Assembly: GCA_902760845.1 (NCBI GenBank)
Contig: CACWHX010000007.1
Coordinates: forward strand, 10,050-74,049
DNA: 64,000 nt
Source of the DNA: Oscillospiraceae bacterium
GTDB taxonomy: Bacteria > Bacillota > Clostridia > Oscillospirales > Oscillospiraceae
Direction of reading: 5' to 3'
Shown: piece after piece, positions 9,608 to 18,922 of the stretch
Position numbering within the stretch: the stretch's first letter is position 1
Layout: every line of letters begins with the position of its first letter
Notes under the pieces: model-generated
What the model was told of the DNA's origin: nothing
Databases searched by the model: none
What the model saw: only the letters and a program-made list of their open reading frames with translations
Position numbers and translations under genes: made by a program

Positions 9608-10376
9608 GAAATGGAAAACGTCTGCATATGGTTTCTTAGAGGTGAGGCATTTGCAGAACATTTTTCTTCGCAGAGGCGTTGGGCTGCTGCTGTGCGTCTG
9701 CGGATTGGCGGTGATGCTGTTTGCCGTGGCGGCGGACGATCCGACGCGCGGGCAGGCGGTCGCCGCCCGCGCGGAGCGGCGCAGAACGTTGGTGATCGAC
9801 GCCGGCCACGGCGGGGAGGACGGCGGCGCGGTGGCCGCCGACGGAACGCCGGAGGCGGAGATCAATCTGGCCATTTCCCAGCGTCTCTGCATGCTGGCAG
9901 AGCTTTGCGGCGTGCAGACCGTCATGACGCGGGAGACGGATGAGATCGACTATCCGGCGTCCGCGGAGACAACGGCGCAGCGAAAAAAGGCGGATCAGAT
10001 GCAGCGCGTCGAGCAGATCAACGCGGTCCCGAACGGAGTGCTCATCAGCGTGCATCAAAATTGCTATCCCACAGCGTCGCCGCGCGGCTCACAGGTGCTT
10101 TATGCCGCAACGGCAGACAGCGAAGCGTTCGGAACGCTGCTGCATGAGCAGTTGGTTCAGACGCTCGATCCGGAAAACCGCCGGGTTGCCGCGCCCATTT
10201 CCAGGGACATTTATCTGATGCGGAACGTGCAGTGTCCGGCGGTGCTTGTGGAATGCGGTTTTCTCTCCAACGAACAGGAACTTGCGCTGCTGCGCGACCC
10301 GGGCTATGAGGTCAAACTCGCGCTCGTCATGATTGCTTCCTATTTACAATATTGGACAACAGGGTGGGTCACATGA
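9606..10376 (+). CDS. cwlD: N-acetylmuramoyl-L-alanine amidase, CwlD-like (germination-specific)
   Basis: Amidase_3 core LVIDAGHGGEDGGAV...EINLAISQ. N-terminal membrane anchor GLLLCVCGLAVMLFAV. Start uncertain (ATG 9606 or TTG 9651). Confidence 0.8.
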   Translation: MKWKTSAYGFLEVRHLQNIFLRRGVGLLLCVCGLAVMLFAVAADDPTRGQAVAARAERRRTLVIDAGHGGEDGGAVAADGTPEAEINLAISQRLCMLAELCGVQTVMTRETDEIDYPASAETTAQRKKADQMQRVEQINAVPNGVLISVHQNCYPTASPRGSQVLYAATADSEAFGTLLHEQLVQTLDPENRRVAAPISRDIYLMRNVQCPAVLVECGFLSNEQELALLRDPGYEVKLALVMIASYLQYWTTGWVT

Positions 10377-11725
10377 AGACAAAAACAGGATATTACTGTA
10401 CAGAATGCGGAAATGAGACCGCGAAATGGATGGGGCAGTGCCCGGCCTGCGGCGCGTGGAACACCATCATCGAGGCGCCGAAGGACACCGGAACGGCCGC
10501 GGGCAGCCGGGCGAAGCGGATCGGCGTGCCGAAGCTGCTTTCCGAGCTGGACGTTCAGGAGGAGCTCCGATTTTCCGCCGGCATCGGAGAGTTTGACCGT
10601 GTTCTGGGCGGCGGCGCGGTGCGCGGATCGCTGGTGCTGGTCGGCGGCGCGCCGGGCGTCGGCAAATCGACGCTGCTGCTGCAGCTCTGCGGCCAAATCG
10701 GTGCGCAGGAGCGGATCCTGTACGTCTCCGGCGAGGAAAGCCAGCGGCAGCTCAAGATGCGCGCCAGGCGACTCGGCGTCGATCAGGGCGGCATCTATGT
10801 GCTGGCCGAGACCGATATCGGCTCTGTGCTGGCGGCCATTGACGAGCTGCAGCCGACCGTTTTGATCGTGGACTCGATTCAGACGATGTTTGACGCGGAT
10901 ACCTCCGCAACGCCCGGGAGCATCAGCCAAGTGCGCGAGTGCACGATGCGCATCATGCGCTCAGCCAAGGACAGCGGTTACACAGCGTTCGTGGTCGGGC
11001 ACGTCAACAAGGAGGGCAGCATCGCCGGGCCGAAGGTGCTGGAGCACATGGTGGACTGCGTGCTGTATTTCGAAGGCGACCAGAGTCTCAGCTATCGCAT
11101 TCTGCGCGCGGTCAAAAACCGATTTGGGTCAACGAATGAGATCGGCGTGTTCGAGATGAATGATCGCGGCCTGAAGGAGGTTGCAAATCCCTCGGAAATG
11201 CTGCTTTCCGGCCGTCCGGCGAATGCGCCGGGGACGTGCGTCGTGGCCGTCATGGAGGGCTCGCGCCCGGTGCTGGCCGAAATTCAGGCCCTGGTGACGC
11301 CATCCGGCTACAGCGGCGCCCGGCGCAACGCCAACGGCGTGGACTATAACCGCGCCATGCTGCTCATGGCCGTGCTCGAAAAGCGCGCGGGACTCGTGCT
11401 GTCCGGCAGCGACGCCTATATCAATGTGGTCGGCGGCCTGCAGCTTGACGAGACGGCGGCAGATCTTGCCGTTGTCCTCGCGCTGGCATCCAGTTTTAAA
11501 GATCTGCCGTTGGGTTCCGATCTTGCGGCGGTGGGAGAAATTGGCCTGTCCGGAGAAGTTCGATCGGTCAATCATCTGAATCAGCGCCTGTCAGAAATTT
11601 CACGATTAGGGTTTCACCGCTGCGTGATCCCGGCGCACGTGAGAGACGACGTGCAGAGATTTGAAGGGCTGGAGACAATTCCCGTGAAAAACATCCGCGA
11701 GGCACTGCGAGCGGTGTTTGGTTAA
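10373..11725 (+). CDS. radA: DNA repair protein RadA/Sms
   Basis: Zn ribbon CTECGNETAKWMGQCPACGAWNT, Walker A GAPGVGKST, KNRFG motif, Lon-like C-terminal domain. Confidence 0.96.
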   Translation: MKTKTGYYCTECGNETAKWMGQCPACGAWNTIIEAPKDTGTAAGSRAKRIGVPKLLSELDVQEELRFSAGIGEFDRVLGGGAVRGSLVLVGGAPGVGKSTLLLQLCGQIGAQERILYVSGEESQRQLKMRARRLGVDQGGIYVLAETDIGSVLAAIDELQPTVLIVDSIQTMFDADTSATPGSISQVRECTMRIMRSAKDSGYTAFVVGHVNKEGSIAGPKVLEHMVDCVLYFEGDQSLSYRILRAVKNRFGSTNEIGVFEMNDRGLKEVANPSEMLLSGRPANAPGTCVVAVMEGSRPVLAEIQALVTPSGYSGARRNANGVDYNRAMLLMAVLEKRAGLVLSGSDAYINVVGGLQLDETAADLAVVLALASSFKDLPLGSDLAAVGEIGLSGEVRSVNHLNQRLSEISRLGFHRCVIPAHVRDDVQRFEGLETIPVKNIREALRAVFG

Positions 11726-11768
11726 GGCCGGGAGGCAAAAAGACGGACAGACTTTCTGTAAAGAGCCG

Positions 11769-12026
11769 ATGCGGTTCTGGGCGGGATCAACGGTTCCCAA
11801 AGAGCGGATTACGGACGTGAAGGCATACAATCACGCAAACGGCATCCTGTGGATTGCGTTTTCACTGAGTCGGTGGGCGGCGGGACTGTCGGGGATTTGG
11901 AGCATGAAGCTCGCCGTGCGCATCATGACGATTGCCGACTCGGCCGGAATTGCCGTAGTGTTTGTGGGCTTACTGGCTGATCCGCAAAAAGTACAGAAAG
12001 AAAGCAAAAAGCGAATGAATCGTTGA
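11769..12026 (+). CDS. Hypothetical small membrane protein
   Basis: In-frame ATG at 11769. Two predicted helices (ILWIAFSLSRWAAGL, IADSAGIAVVFVGLL). No family recognised. A terminator hairpin follows. Confidence 0.3.
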   Translation: MRFWAGSTVPKERITDVKAYNHANGILWIAFSLSRWAAGLSGIWSMKLAVRIMTIADSAGIAVVFVGLLADPQKVQKESKKRMNR

Positions 12027-12152
12027 AATCGTCGATTTCTCCTCCCCTAAATTCGGCAAAATTTTCATTTTGCCGAATTTTCTGTGTATTTTGTCAATGG
12101 ACAGGCCACCTCCCCGTTTGATATAATGCGTCTGGAAAGCGAGGCGTTTTTC

Positions 12153-13172
12153 ATGGACTACAGCGATGCACCGCAGGTGCTGCGCGATTTTTTGATTTAT
12201 CATGAGACGATCCGCGGTCACTCCAAAGCGACTGTGGATGAATACTATTTGGACCTGCGCACATTTTTCCGCTATCTGAAATTATCGCGCGGCATTGTCC
12301 CGCGTGCCGCGGAGCTTGAGGAAATCCCAATCCAGGATATCGACGTCCCCTTCGTCGCCGCGGTGACCTTAACGGAGATTTATGATTTTCTGGCATATCT
12401 GTCGCGCGACCGGGTCAAGCAGCCAAACAGCCCCGAACCGGAATACGGCTTGACGCCGGCCTCCCGCGCGCGAAAAATCGCCGCGATCCGCAGCTTCTTT
12501 AAGTACGTGACGGTCAAGGCAAAGCTCCTAGATGAAAATCCTGTGCAGGACCTGGACTCCCCGAAGATCCCCAAGTCCCTCCCCCGCTACCTGACATTGG
12601 AAGAGAGCCAGCGACTGCTCTCAGCCGTAGATGGAAAAAACCAGGAACGCGATTATTGCATTCTCTGTGTTTTTCTCAACTGTGGGTTGCGTATCTCGGA
12701 ACTGGTCGGTCTGAATGTCAACGACTATCGCGGGGAGAGTCTGCGCGTGCTCGGCAAGGGCAGCAAGGAGCGGACGGTCTATCTGAACGATGCCTGCCGG
12801 GAGGCGATCGACCGCTACCTGGAGGTGCGAAAGCTGCTTGCTCCTCCGCGTATGGCCGCGCTGTTCCTGTCAAACCGGCGGGCACGCATCAGCGTGGACG
12901 CCGTACAGGTGATCGTAAAAAAGAATCTCGCCAAAGCGGGTTTGGACGCGAGCCTCTATTCCACGCACAAACTGCGGCATACGGCGGCGACGCTGATGCT
13001 GCAAAACGGCGTGGACGTTCGCACGCTGCAGGAGGTGCTGGGGCACGAAAATCTGAACACAACACAGATTTATACGCACATCGACAGCGCAGAACTGCGC
13101 ACGGCGGCAGCGGCCAATCCGCTTGCCGGCTTCTCCCCTTCCGCAAAAAAGGACGAGACGACCGAGGAATAA
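12153..13172 (+). CDS. Tyrosine-type site-specific recombinase (XerC-like)
   Basis: Catalytic C-terminus HKLRHTAATLMLQNGVDVRTLQEVLGHENLNTTQIYTH. ATG 12153 chosen within ORF 12084..13172. Confidence 0.85.
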   Translation: MDYSDAPQVLRDFLIYHETIRGHSKATVDEYYLDLRTFFRYLKLSRGIVPRAAELEEIPIQDIDVPFVAAVTLTEIYDFLAYLSRDRVKQPNSPEPEYGLTPASRARKIAAIRSFFKYVTVKAKLLDENPVQDLDSPKIPKSLPRYLTLEESQRLLSAVDGKNQERDYCILCVFLNCGLRISELVGLNVNDYRGESLRVLGKGSKERTVYLNDACREAIDRYLEVRKLLAPPRMAALFLSNRRARISVDAVQVIVKKNLAKAGLDASLYSTHKLRHTAATLMLQNGVDVRTLQEVLGHENLNTTQIYTHIDSAELRTAAAANPLAGFSPSAKKDETTEE

Positions 13173-13208
13173 AAAATTGCAGTCTGAACGATGTCAGGCT
13201 GCAATTTT
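13171..13208. terminator. Bidirectional terminator hairpin between the Xer-like gene and the ATPase-like gene
   Basis: ATTGCAGTCTGA...TCAGGCTGCAAT stem flanked by an A-run and a T-run. Confidence 0.6.
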
Positions 13209-13221
13209 ATTAGAATGAGTG

Positions 13222-14892
13222 TCATTGATTTTTTGGCAGGAGGTCGCGCAGGCGGCGGTGCGGCTGGTCGAAGCCAAACGCCCGGATGGAAAGCAGCAGC
13301 GTCGAGAGCGCGGCCGCACCGTCGAGCACAACAGCAAACCAGATCGTGCATTTTCCCAGGAGCGCCAACGCGATCAGAATCGCCTTGACCGCAGCGGAAA
13401 TCAGCAGATTTTCCCGGCAAAGGCCGCTGACCCATACCGAGGTCTCAATCGCATCCGGAATGAGCTGCAAATCCCGCTCCAGAATCAGCATGTCTGCGTC
13501 GAATTGTCCGCCGTTGTTTTCGTCGATCATGCAGGCGTCTACGTCCGCGGCGGAGTGCTGCGGATGGGAGACACTGTCGCGCTCTATGTAAAGAAGCGAC
13601 TCATCCGCCGGCATGGACGATTGGAGCTCCTCCAAAACCCGGCGCTTTTCCTCCGGCGAGAGCTTGCAGTAAAGCTGCTCGGCCTTCAAATCCCTGGCGA
13701 TTTGCGTGACGGAGTCGTTCTGTGCGCCGCTGAACAGCGTCAGCGACCGAACGCCCTGGTTGCGCAGATCCTGCATGGCGGGAACCGCGTCCGCATTGGA
13801 CACTTCCTTCAGCAGCAGCTTTCCGGCGTAATTGTCCTTTACGGAAACGTACACAACGTAATCATCGGTCAAATCTTCATCCGGAATCGTGATCCCATTG
13901 AGAATCATAAGCTCCCGCGTTCCGACACAGATGCGCAGGTTGCTGATATAGGCCTCCACGCCGCACTCCGGAATATCCAGCGCGCGGTCGATCAGCTTGC
14001 TGTCCAACTCGCCGTTATACGCGGCCAGAATCGCGCGCGCGGTGCGGCTGTTGGATCGGCTCTCCGCGTGCGCGGCCAGCTTCAGCAGCAGCTCTGCGGG
14101 AAGCTTTTCGGATTTCACGGAGGCGACCTTGGGCAAATCGTCGCTGGTTGCGCTGCTGTCATCCAGAACCACGGCACGCACCTGCGTCAGCCTGCGCATG
14201 GCGCGGCAGGAGCGAAACAGCACGTTGTTCGCGTACGCGCCATTTGCCGCGCAGTACCACGTGAGCGGCGCCCCAACCAGCATGGCGCAGGGGTTGGCAA
14301 TGATGAGAACGCTCAACGCGCTTCGCACCGCAATTGCCGCAGAGGCCTCGCGCACCCAAAACTGCACGATAAAAATGACGAGCGCCAAAATCAGCCCGCC
14401 CGGGGCAATCCATCGAATCCATTGCGGCGCCGGGAGGACGGCCGAGGAGCGAACTTCGGCGCCGACGGCGTCCTGCAGCGTTTGCAGCGTGCGGTCTGTG
14501 ACATAGCCGATCAGCAGCGTGACGATGCGATACAGAATCAAAAACGCCGCGGCGTCAACGGGGTCGCCCACGATCAGGGCAAGGAGCGCACAAAACGTCA
14601 CAATAACCGCGCCGGTGAGCGGCTTTCCCTGCATCAAAGACAGCGCCGCGCCGGCGATATAGTCATAGCCGGCGACAAGAACCGAGACAATCAGCAGAAG
14701 GTACCACAGCGCGCCGCCCGTCTGCAAAAACAGACCGATGACCATCAGGACCGCTGCAAGCGCAAGGCGAATGAGCAGCGTGCTCCCCTTTCCGCCGTCC
14801 CGAGCCAGGGAAAGCTTCGTCCATCCATCGTCCGGCAGATCGGCGGAAAAACACGTCATTGCCAGAACGGCCAACTGATTCCGGATGTTCAT
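13222..14892 (-). CDS. Degenerate P-type (P1B-like) ATPase homologue lacking catalytic motifs
   Basis: 556 aa. TM bundle plus P/N-domain-like region collinear with heavy-metal ATPases. However, DKTGT is replaced by DDSSA, CPC by NPC and TGDN by SGAQND, and no GDGxND or TGE motif was seen. RBS AAAGGAGG. Confidence 0.7.
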   Translation of the reverse strand: MNIRNQLAVLAMTCFSADLPDDGWTKLSLARDGGKGSTLLIRLALAAVLMVIGLFLQTGGALWYLLLIVSVLVAGYDYIAGAALSLMQGKPLTGAVIVTFCALLALIVGDPVDAAAFLILYRIVTLLIGYVTDRTLQTLQDAVGAEVRSSAVLPAPQWIRWIAPGGLILALVIFIVQFWVREASAAIAVRSALSVLIIANPCAMLVGAPLTWYCAANGAYANNVLFRSCRAMRRLTQVRAVVLDDSSATSDDLPKVASVKSEKLPAELLLKLAAHAESRSNSRTARAILAAYNGELDSKLIDRALDIPECGVEAYISNLRICVGTRELMILNGITIPDEDLTDDYVVYVSVKDNYAGKLLLKEVSNADAVPAMQDLRNQGVRSLTLFSGAQNDSVTQIARDLKAEQLYCKLSPEEKRRVLEELQSSMPADESLLYIERDSVSHPQHSAADVDACMIDENNGGQFDADMLILERDLQLIPDAIETSVWVSGLCRENLLISAAVKAILIALALLGKCTIWFAVVLDGAAALSTLLLSIRAFGFDQPHRRLRDLLPKNQ

Positions 14893-14925
14893 ATAAGAGG
14901 CCTCCTTTCGGAGCGTTCCGTCGTT

Positions 14926-15867
14926 TCAGGCTTTTCCGTCGCAGCCGAGCACGTCGATGATCTTGTGCTTTACAAGCTGTTTGATGTTCTCACGCGCGGG
15001 GCCAAGATATTTTCTCGGGTCAAATTCACTGGGATTTTCGTCAAAATACTTGCGGATCGTGCCGGTCATTGCCAGGCGCAGATCCGAGTCGATGTTGATC
15101 TTGCAGACGGCCATCCGCGCGGCTTCGCGCAGCTGATCCTCCGGCACGCCGATGGCGCCGGGCATCGCGCCGCCGTGCTCGTTGATCATCTGCACGTATT
15201 CCTGCGGTACTGAGGAGGAGCCGTGCAGTACGATCGGGAATCCGGGCAGACGCCGGGAAACCTCCTCTAGGATATCAAAGCGAAGCTGCGGCTTTGTGCC
15301 GGGCTTGAATTTGTAGGCGCCGTGGCTGGTGCCGATTGCGATGGCCAGAGAGTCGCAGCCCGTGCGCTCGACAAACTCCTGCACATCCTCCGGGCGCGTG
15401 TAAGAGGAGTCCTCCGCGCTGACCCGCACCTCGTCCTCGATGCCGGCCAGGGTGCCAAGCTCCGCCTCCACAACGACGCCGTGATCGTGGGCATACTCCA
15501 CGACCTGCCGCGTGAGCGCGATGTTCTCCTCAAACGATTTGGAGGATGCGTCGATCATAACGGAGGTGAAGCCGTCATCCACACAGGACTTGCAAAGCTC
15601 GAACGAATTGCCGTGATCCAGATGCAGGCAGATCGGAAGGCCCGTTTCGATCACAGCGGCCTCGACAAGCTTGACCAGATAGGTGCGGTTGGCATACTTT
15701 CTCGCGCCGGAAGACACCTGCAGAATGACAGGCGCATTGCACTCCTTTGCCGCTTCGGTAATGCCCTGGATGATTTCCATGTTGTTCACGTTGAACGCGC
15801 CGATCGCGTATCCGCCCTGATAGGCTTTCTCAAACATTTCCGTAGAAGTTACAATTGACATTGACAA
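14926..15867 (-). CDS. fba: Class II fructose-bisphosphate aldolase
   Basis: GAFNVNNME, ICLHLDHG and VLHGSSSVP motifs. 313 aa. Confidence 0.95.
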   Translation of the reverse strand: MSMSIVTSTEMFEKAYQGGYAIGAFNVNNMEIIQGITEAAKECNAPVILQVSSGARKYANRTYLVKLVEAAVIETGLPICLHLDHGNSFELCKSCVDDGFTSVMIDASSKSFEENIALTRQVVEYAHDHGVVVEAELGTLAGIEDEVRVSAEDSSYTRPEDVQEFVERTGCDSLAIAIGTSHGAYKFKPGTKPQLRFDILEEVSRRLPGFPIVLHGSSSVPQEYVQMINEHGGAMPGAIGVPEDQLREAARMAVCKINIDSDLRLAMTGTIRKYFDENPSEFDPRKYLGPARENIKQLVKHKIIDVLGCDGKA

Positions 15868-16006
15868 CTCATCATCCTTTCCGATATTATTATACCGTTG
15901 GCGAAACTTCCCGCCGATTGCTTATACTATCATAGTATTGTACACAATTTCAGAGATAATATCAATAGTCGAATTATATCAAACACGAAAATGGAGGGTG
16001 ATTTTT

Positions 16007-17248
16007 ATGGCAAAGGAATTGAAAGGCACCTGCATCATCGGCCAGTCCGGCGGGCCGACCGCGGTCATAAACGCCAGCGCGTACGGCGTAATTAAAACGG
16101 CGCTGGAGTCGAGCGCCATCACCCGCGTCTATGGCGCGGCGCACGGCATCAAGGGCGTTTTGGAGGATAAGCTTTATGACATGAATCAGGAGGATGCCTA
16201 CGAGCTGAGCCTGCTGCTGCATACGCCGTCGTCCGAGCTTGGCTCCTGCCGGTATAAGATGAAGGATCCGGATGCGGACGACACGGACTACAAGCGAATC
16301 CTGGAGATCTTCCGGAAATACGACGTGCGGTACTTCTTCTACAACGGCGGCAACGACTCCATGGACACCTGCGATAAAATCAGCAGATTCATGGCGAAGA
16401 GCGGCTGGGAGTGCCGCGTGATGGGCGTGCCGAAAACGATCGACAATGATCTGTACGGCACCGACCACTGCCCCGGCTTTGCCAGCGCGGCAAAGTATAT
16501 CGCGACATCCTGCATGGAGGTGTCCAAGGACGCAACGGTTTACGACAGCGGGCAAATCACGATCATCGAAATTATGGGCCGCCACGCCGGATGGCTTGCG
16601 GCCAGCGCAAAGCTCGCGTCCTATTTTGGCGCCGGCCCCGACCTGATCTATCTGCCGGAGGTCGATTTTGACATGGATGCGTTCCTCGCCGACGTGCAGC
16701 GCCTGTACGCTGAAAAAGGAAAAGTGCTTGTCGCCGTCTCCGAGGGCATCCATTATGCCGACGGCAGCTTTGTCTCCGAGGCAAAGACCTCGGCAACGGA
16801 TGGATTCGGTCACGCGCAGCTCGGCGGGCTTGCCGCGCTGCTTGCCGGGATTGTCAAGGAACGTACCGGCGCGAAGGTGCGCGGCATCGAGCTTTCCCTG
16901 CTGCAGCGCTGCGGCGCGCACCTCGCGTCTCAGACCGATATCGACGAGGCGTTCAACGCCGGAAAAATCGCCGTGGAGGCGGCGGTAAGCGGCGAAACGG
17001 GAAAGATGGTCGCCTTCGCGCGTGAAACCGTGGACGGGCAGTATCGCTGCGTGACGAAGCTGATCCCGCTCACGGAGGTGGCAAACCTTGAAAAGAAGGT
17101 GCCGCTGGAATGGATCACCCCGGAGCATAATCAGGTTACGGATGCCTTTGTCGATTATGCGCTGCCGCTGATCCAGGGCGAGCCGCAGCTCCCGCTGGAG
17201 CATTCCATGCCGCGATACGCGCGCCTGAAAAAGATTCTCGCGGAGTGA
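16007..17248 (+). CDS. pfp: 6-phosphofructokinase, probably pyrophosphate-dependent
   Basis: GGPTAVINAS, GGNDS and GVPKTIDNDL motifs. ATG 16007 lies 8 nt after GGAGGG. Confidence 0.88.
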   Translation: MAKELKGTCIIGQSGGPTAVINASAYGVIKTALESSAITRVYGAAHGIKGVLEDKLYDMNQEDAYELSLLLHTPSSELGSCRYKMKDPDADDTDYKRILEIFRKYDVRYFFYNGGNDSMDTCDKISRFMAKSGWECRVMGVPKTIDNDLYGTDHCPGFASAAKYIATSCMEVSKDATVYDSGQITIIEIMGRHAGWLAASAKLASYFGAGPDLIYLPEVDFDMDAFLADVQRLYAEKGKVLVAVSEGIHYADGSFVSEAKTSATDGFGHAQLGGLAALLAGIVKERTGAKVRGIELSLLQRCGAHLASQTDIDEAFNAGKIAVEAAVSGETGKMVAFARETVDGQYRCVTKLIPLTEVANLEKKVPLEWITPEHNQVTDAFVDYALPLIQGEPQLPLEHSMPRYARLKKILAE

Positions 17249-17323
17249 TAACCACAGCACAGGGGGCCGGCGGCGCCGGCTCCCTTGCGACAAAAAGACC
17301 GTTCGAAAGGAGTCCCCTCCCCT

Positions 17324-18922
17324 ATGATCACTGTTGAAGACCTCTCGCTGCAGTACAGCGGTACCCCGCTGTTTTCCAAGGTGGATCTGCAGTTCACGCC
17401 CGGAAACTGCTATGGCATCATCGGCGCGAACGGCGCCGGGAAATCCACGTTTCTGAAAATTCTGTCCGGCACGCTTGAGCCGACCTCCGGGCAGGTACAT
17501 ATTGACCCCAAAGCGCGCATGTCTGTGCTTCAGCAGGATCAGACGATGTACGACGGCTTCTCTGTGATGGACACCGTTATCATGGGCAATCCGCGTCTTT
17601 ATGAGATCGGCAGAGAAAAGGATGCAATCTATGCCAAAGAGGAGATGACGGACGAGGACGGGATGCGCGCCTCCGAGTTGGAGGAGGAATTCGCGGAGCT
17701 CGGCGGCTGGGAGGCGGAATCGGACGCTTCCCGCATTCTGCAGGGATTGGGCGTGCCGCCGGAGCACCACGAAACACGTATGGCCGACATGGACCCGCGC
17801 CTGAAGGTCAAGGTCCTGCTGGCGCAGGCGCTGTTCGGCCACCCGGACATTATCCTGCTCGACGAGCCGACAAACAACCTCGACCTTGCAAGCGTCGTCT
17901 GGCTGGAGGATTTCCTCATGGATTATGACGGCACCGTGCTCGTCGTGTCGCACGACCGGTACTTTCTCAACAATGTCTGCACGCATATCGTCGATATTGA
18001 TTACGGAAAGATCAAGATGTATGTGGGCAATTACGACTTCTGGTATGAGTCCAGCCAGCTCATGCAGAAGCTGGTCAAGGATCAGAACAAGCGCGCCGAG
18101 CAGAAAATTCAGGAGCTGCAGACCTTCATCCAGCGCTTTTCCGCGAACAAGTCAAAATCCCGGCAGGCAACGTCTCGCCGAAAGCTGCTTGAAAAGCTCA
18201 CGGTCGAAGAGCTGCCCGCCTCCAGCCGGCGCTATCCCTGGGTCGGCTTCAAGGCCGAGCGCGAGCCAGGCAAGGATCGCCTGTTCGTCACAGAGATCAG
18301 CAAGACTGTGGACGGCGTGAAGCTTTTGAACCATGTGAGCTTCATCGTCGGAAAGGACGACAAGATCGCCGTCATCGGGAAAAATGAGCTCGCGGTCACG
18401 ATGCTGTTTAAAATCCTCATGGGCGATGAAGAGCCGGATGAAGGCACGGTGAAATGGGGCGTTTCAACCACGCAGGCCTACTTCCCTGTGGATCACAGCA
18501 GCTATTTCGACGGCTGCGATTATGACCTGATCGACTGGATGCGCCAGTTCTCCGCCGACAAGCGCGAGAGCTATCTGCGCACCTTCCTCGGCCGGATGCT
18601 GTTTTCCGGCGACGATGTGTATAAAAAAGTCTCCGTTTTGTCCGGCGGCGAAAAGGTGCGCTGCATGATTTCCAAAATGATGCTCAGCGGCGCAAATTTC
18701 CTCGTGCTGGATCAGCCGACGAACCACCTCGATCTGGAGAGCATCGCCGCGCTCAATAACGGCATGGAGGCATTTCCCTACAACATCATTTTTACCAGCC
18801 ACGATCATCAGCTGACGCAGACGGTCGCCAATCGCATCATCGAGATCACGGAGGACGGGTTCATTGACCGGATGTGCACCTACGACGAATATATGCACAT
18901 TGCCGGGGCGGAAGACATCTGA
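17324..18922 (+). CDS. ABC-F family ATPase (two ABC cassettes, no membrane domain)
   Basis: Walker A GANGAGKST, signature LSGGEKVR, second cassette. ATG 17324. Confidence 0.92.
   Translation: MITVEDLSLQYSGTPLFSKVDLQFTPGNCYGIIGANGAGKSTFLKILSGTLEPTSGQVHIDPKARMSVLQQDQTMYDGFSVMDTVIMGNPRLYEIGREKDAIYAKEEMTDEDGMRASELEEEFAELGGWEAESDASRILQGLGVPPEHHETRMADMDPRLKVKVLLAQALFGHPDIILLDEPTNNLDLASVVWLEDFLMDYDGTVLVVSHDRYFLNNVCTHIVDIDYGKIKMYVGNYDFWYESSQLMQKLVKDQNKRAEQKIQELQTFIQRFSANKSKSRQATSRRKLLEKLTVEELPASSRRYPWVGFKAEREPGKDRLFVTEISKTVDGVKLLNHVSFIVGKDDKIAVIGKNELAVTMLFKILMGDEEPDEGTVKWGVSTTQAYFPVDHSSYFDGCDYDLIDWMRQFSADKRESYLRTFLGRMLFSGDDVYKKVSVLSGGEKVRCMISKMMLSGANFLVLDQPTNHLDLESIAALNNGMEAFPYNIIFTSHDHQLTQTVANRIIEITEDGFIDRMCTYDEYMHIAGAEDI

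Noticed and set aside
13219-15213. 664-aa plus-strand ORF
   Set aside because: It is antisense to the ATPase-like gene and fba. The translation is Arg/Gly/His-rich with no motifs, which marks it as a typical high-GC shadow ORF.
15974-17986. 670-aa minus-strand ORF
   Set aside because: It is antisense to the well-supported pfp and ABC-F genes and has junk-like composition. The same reasoning rejects 441..1259(-), 2706..3809(-), 6715..7959(-), 28842..29810(+), 33794..34921(+), 34922..36079(+), 51394..52722(+), 54319..56148(+), 56477..57526(+) and 61897..62976(+).
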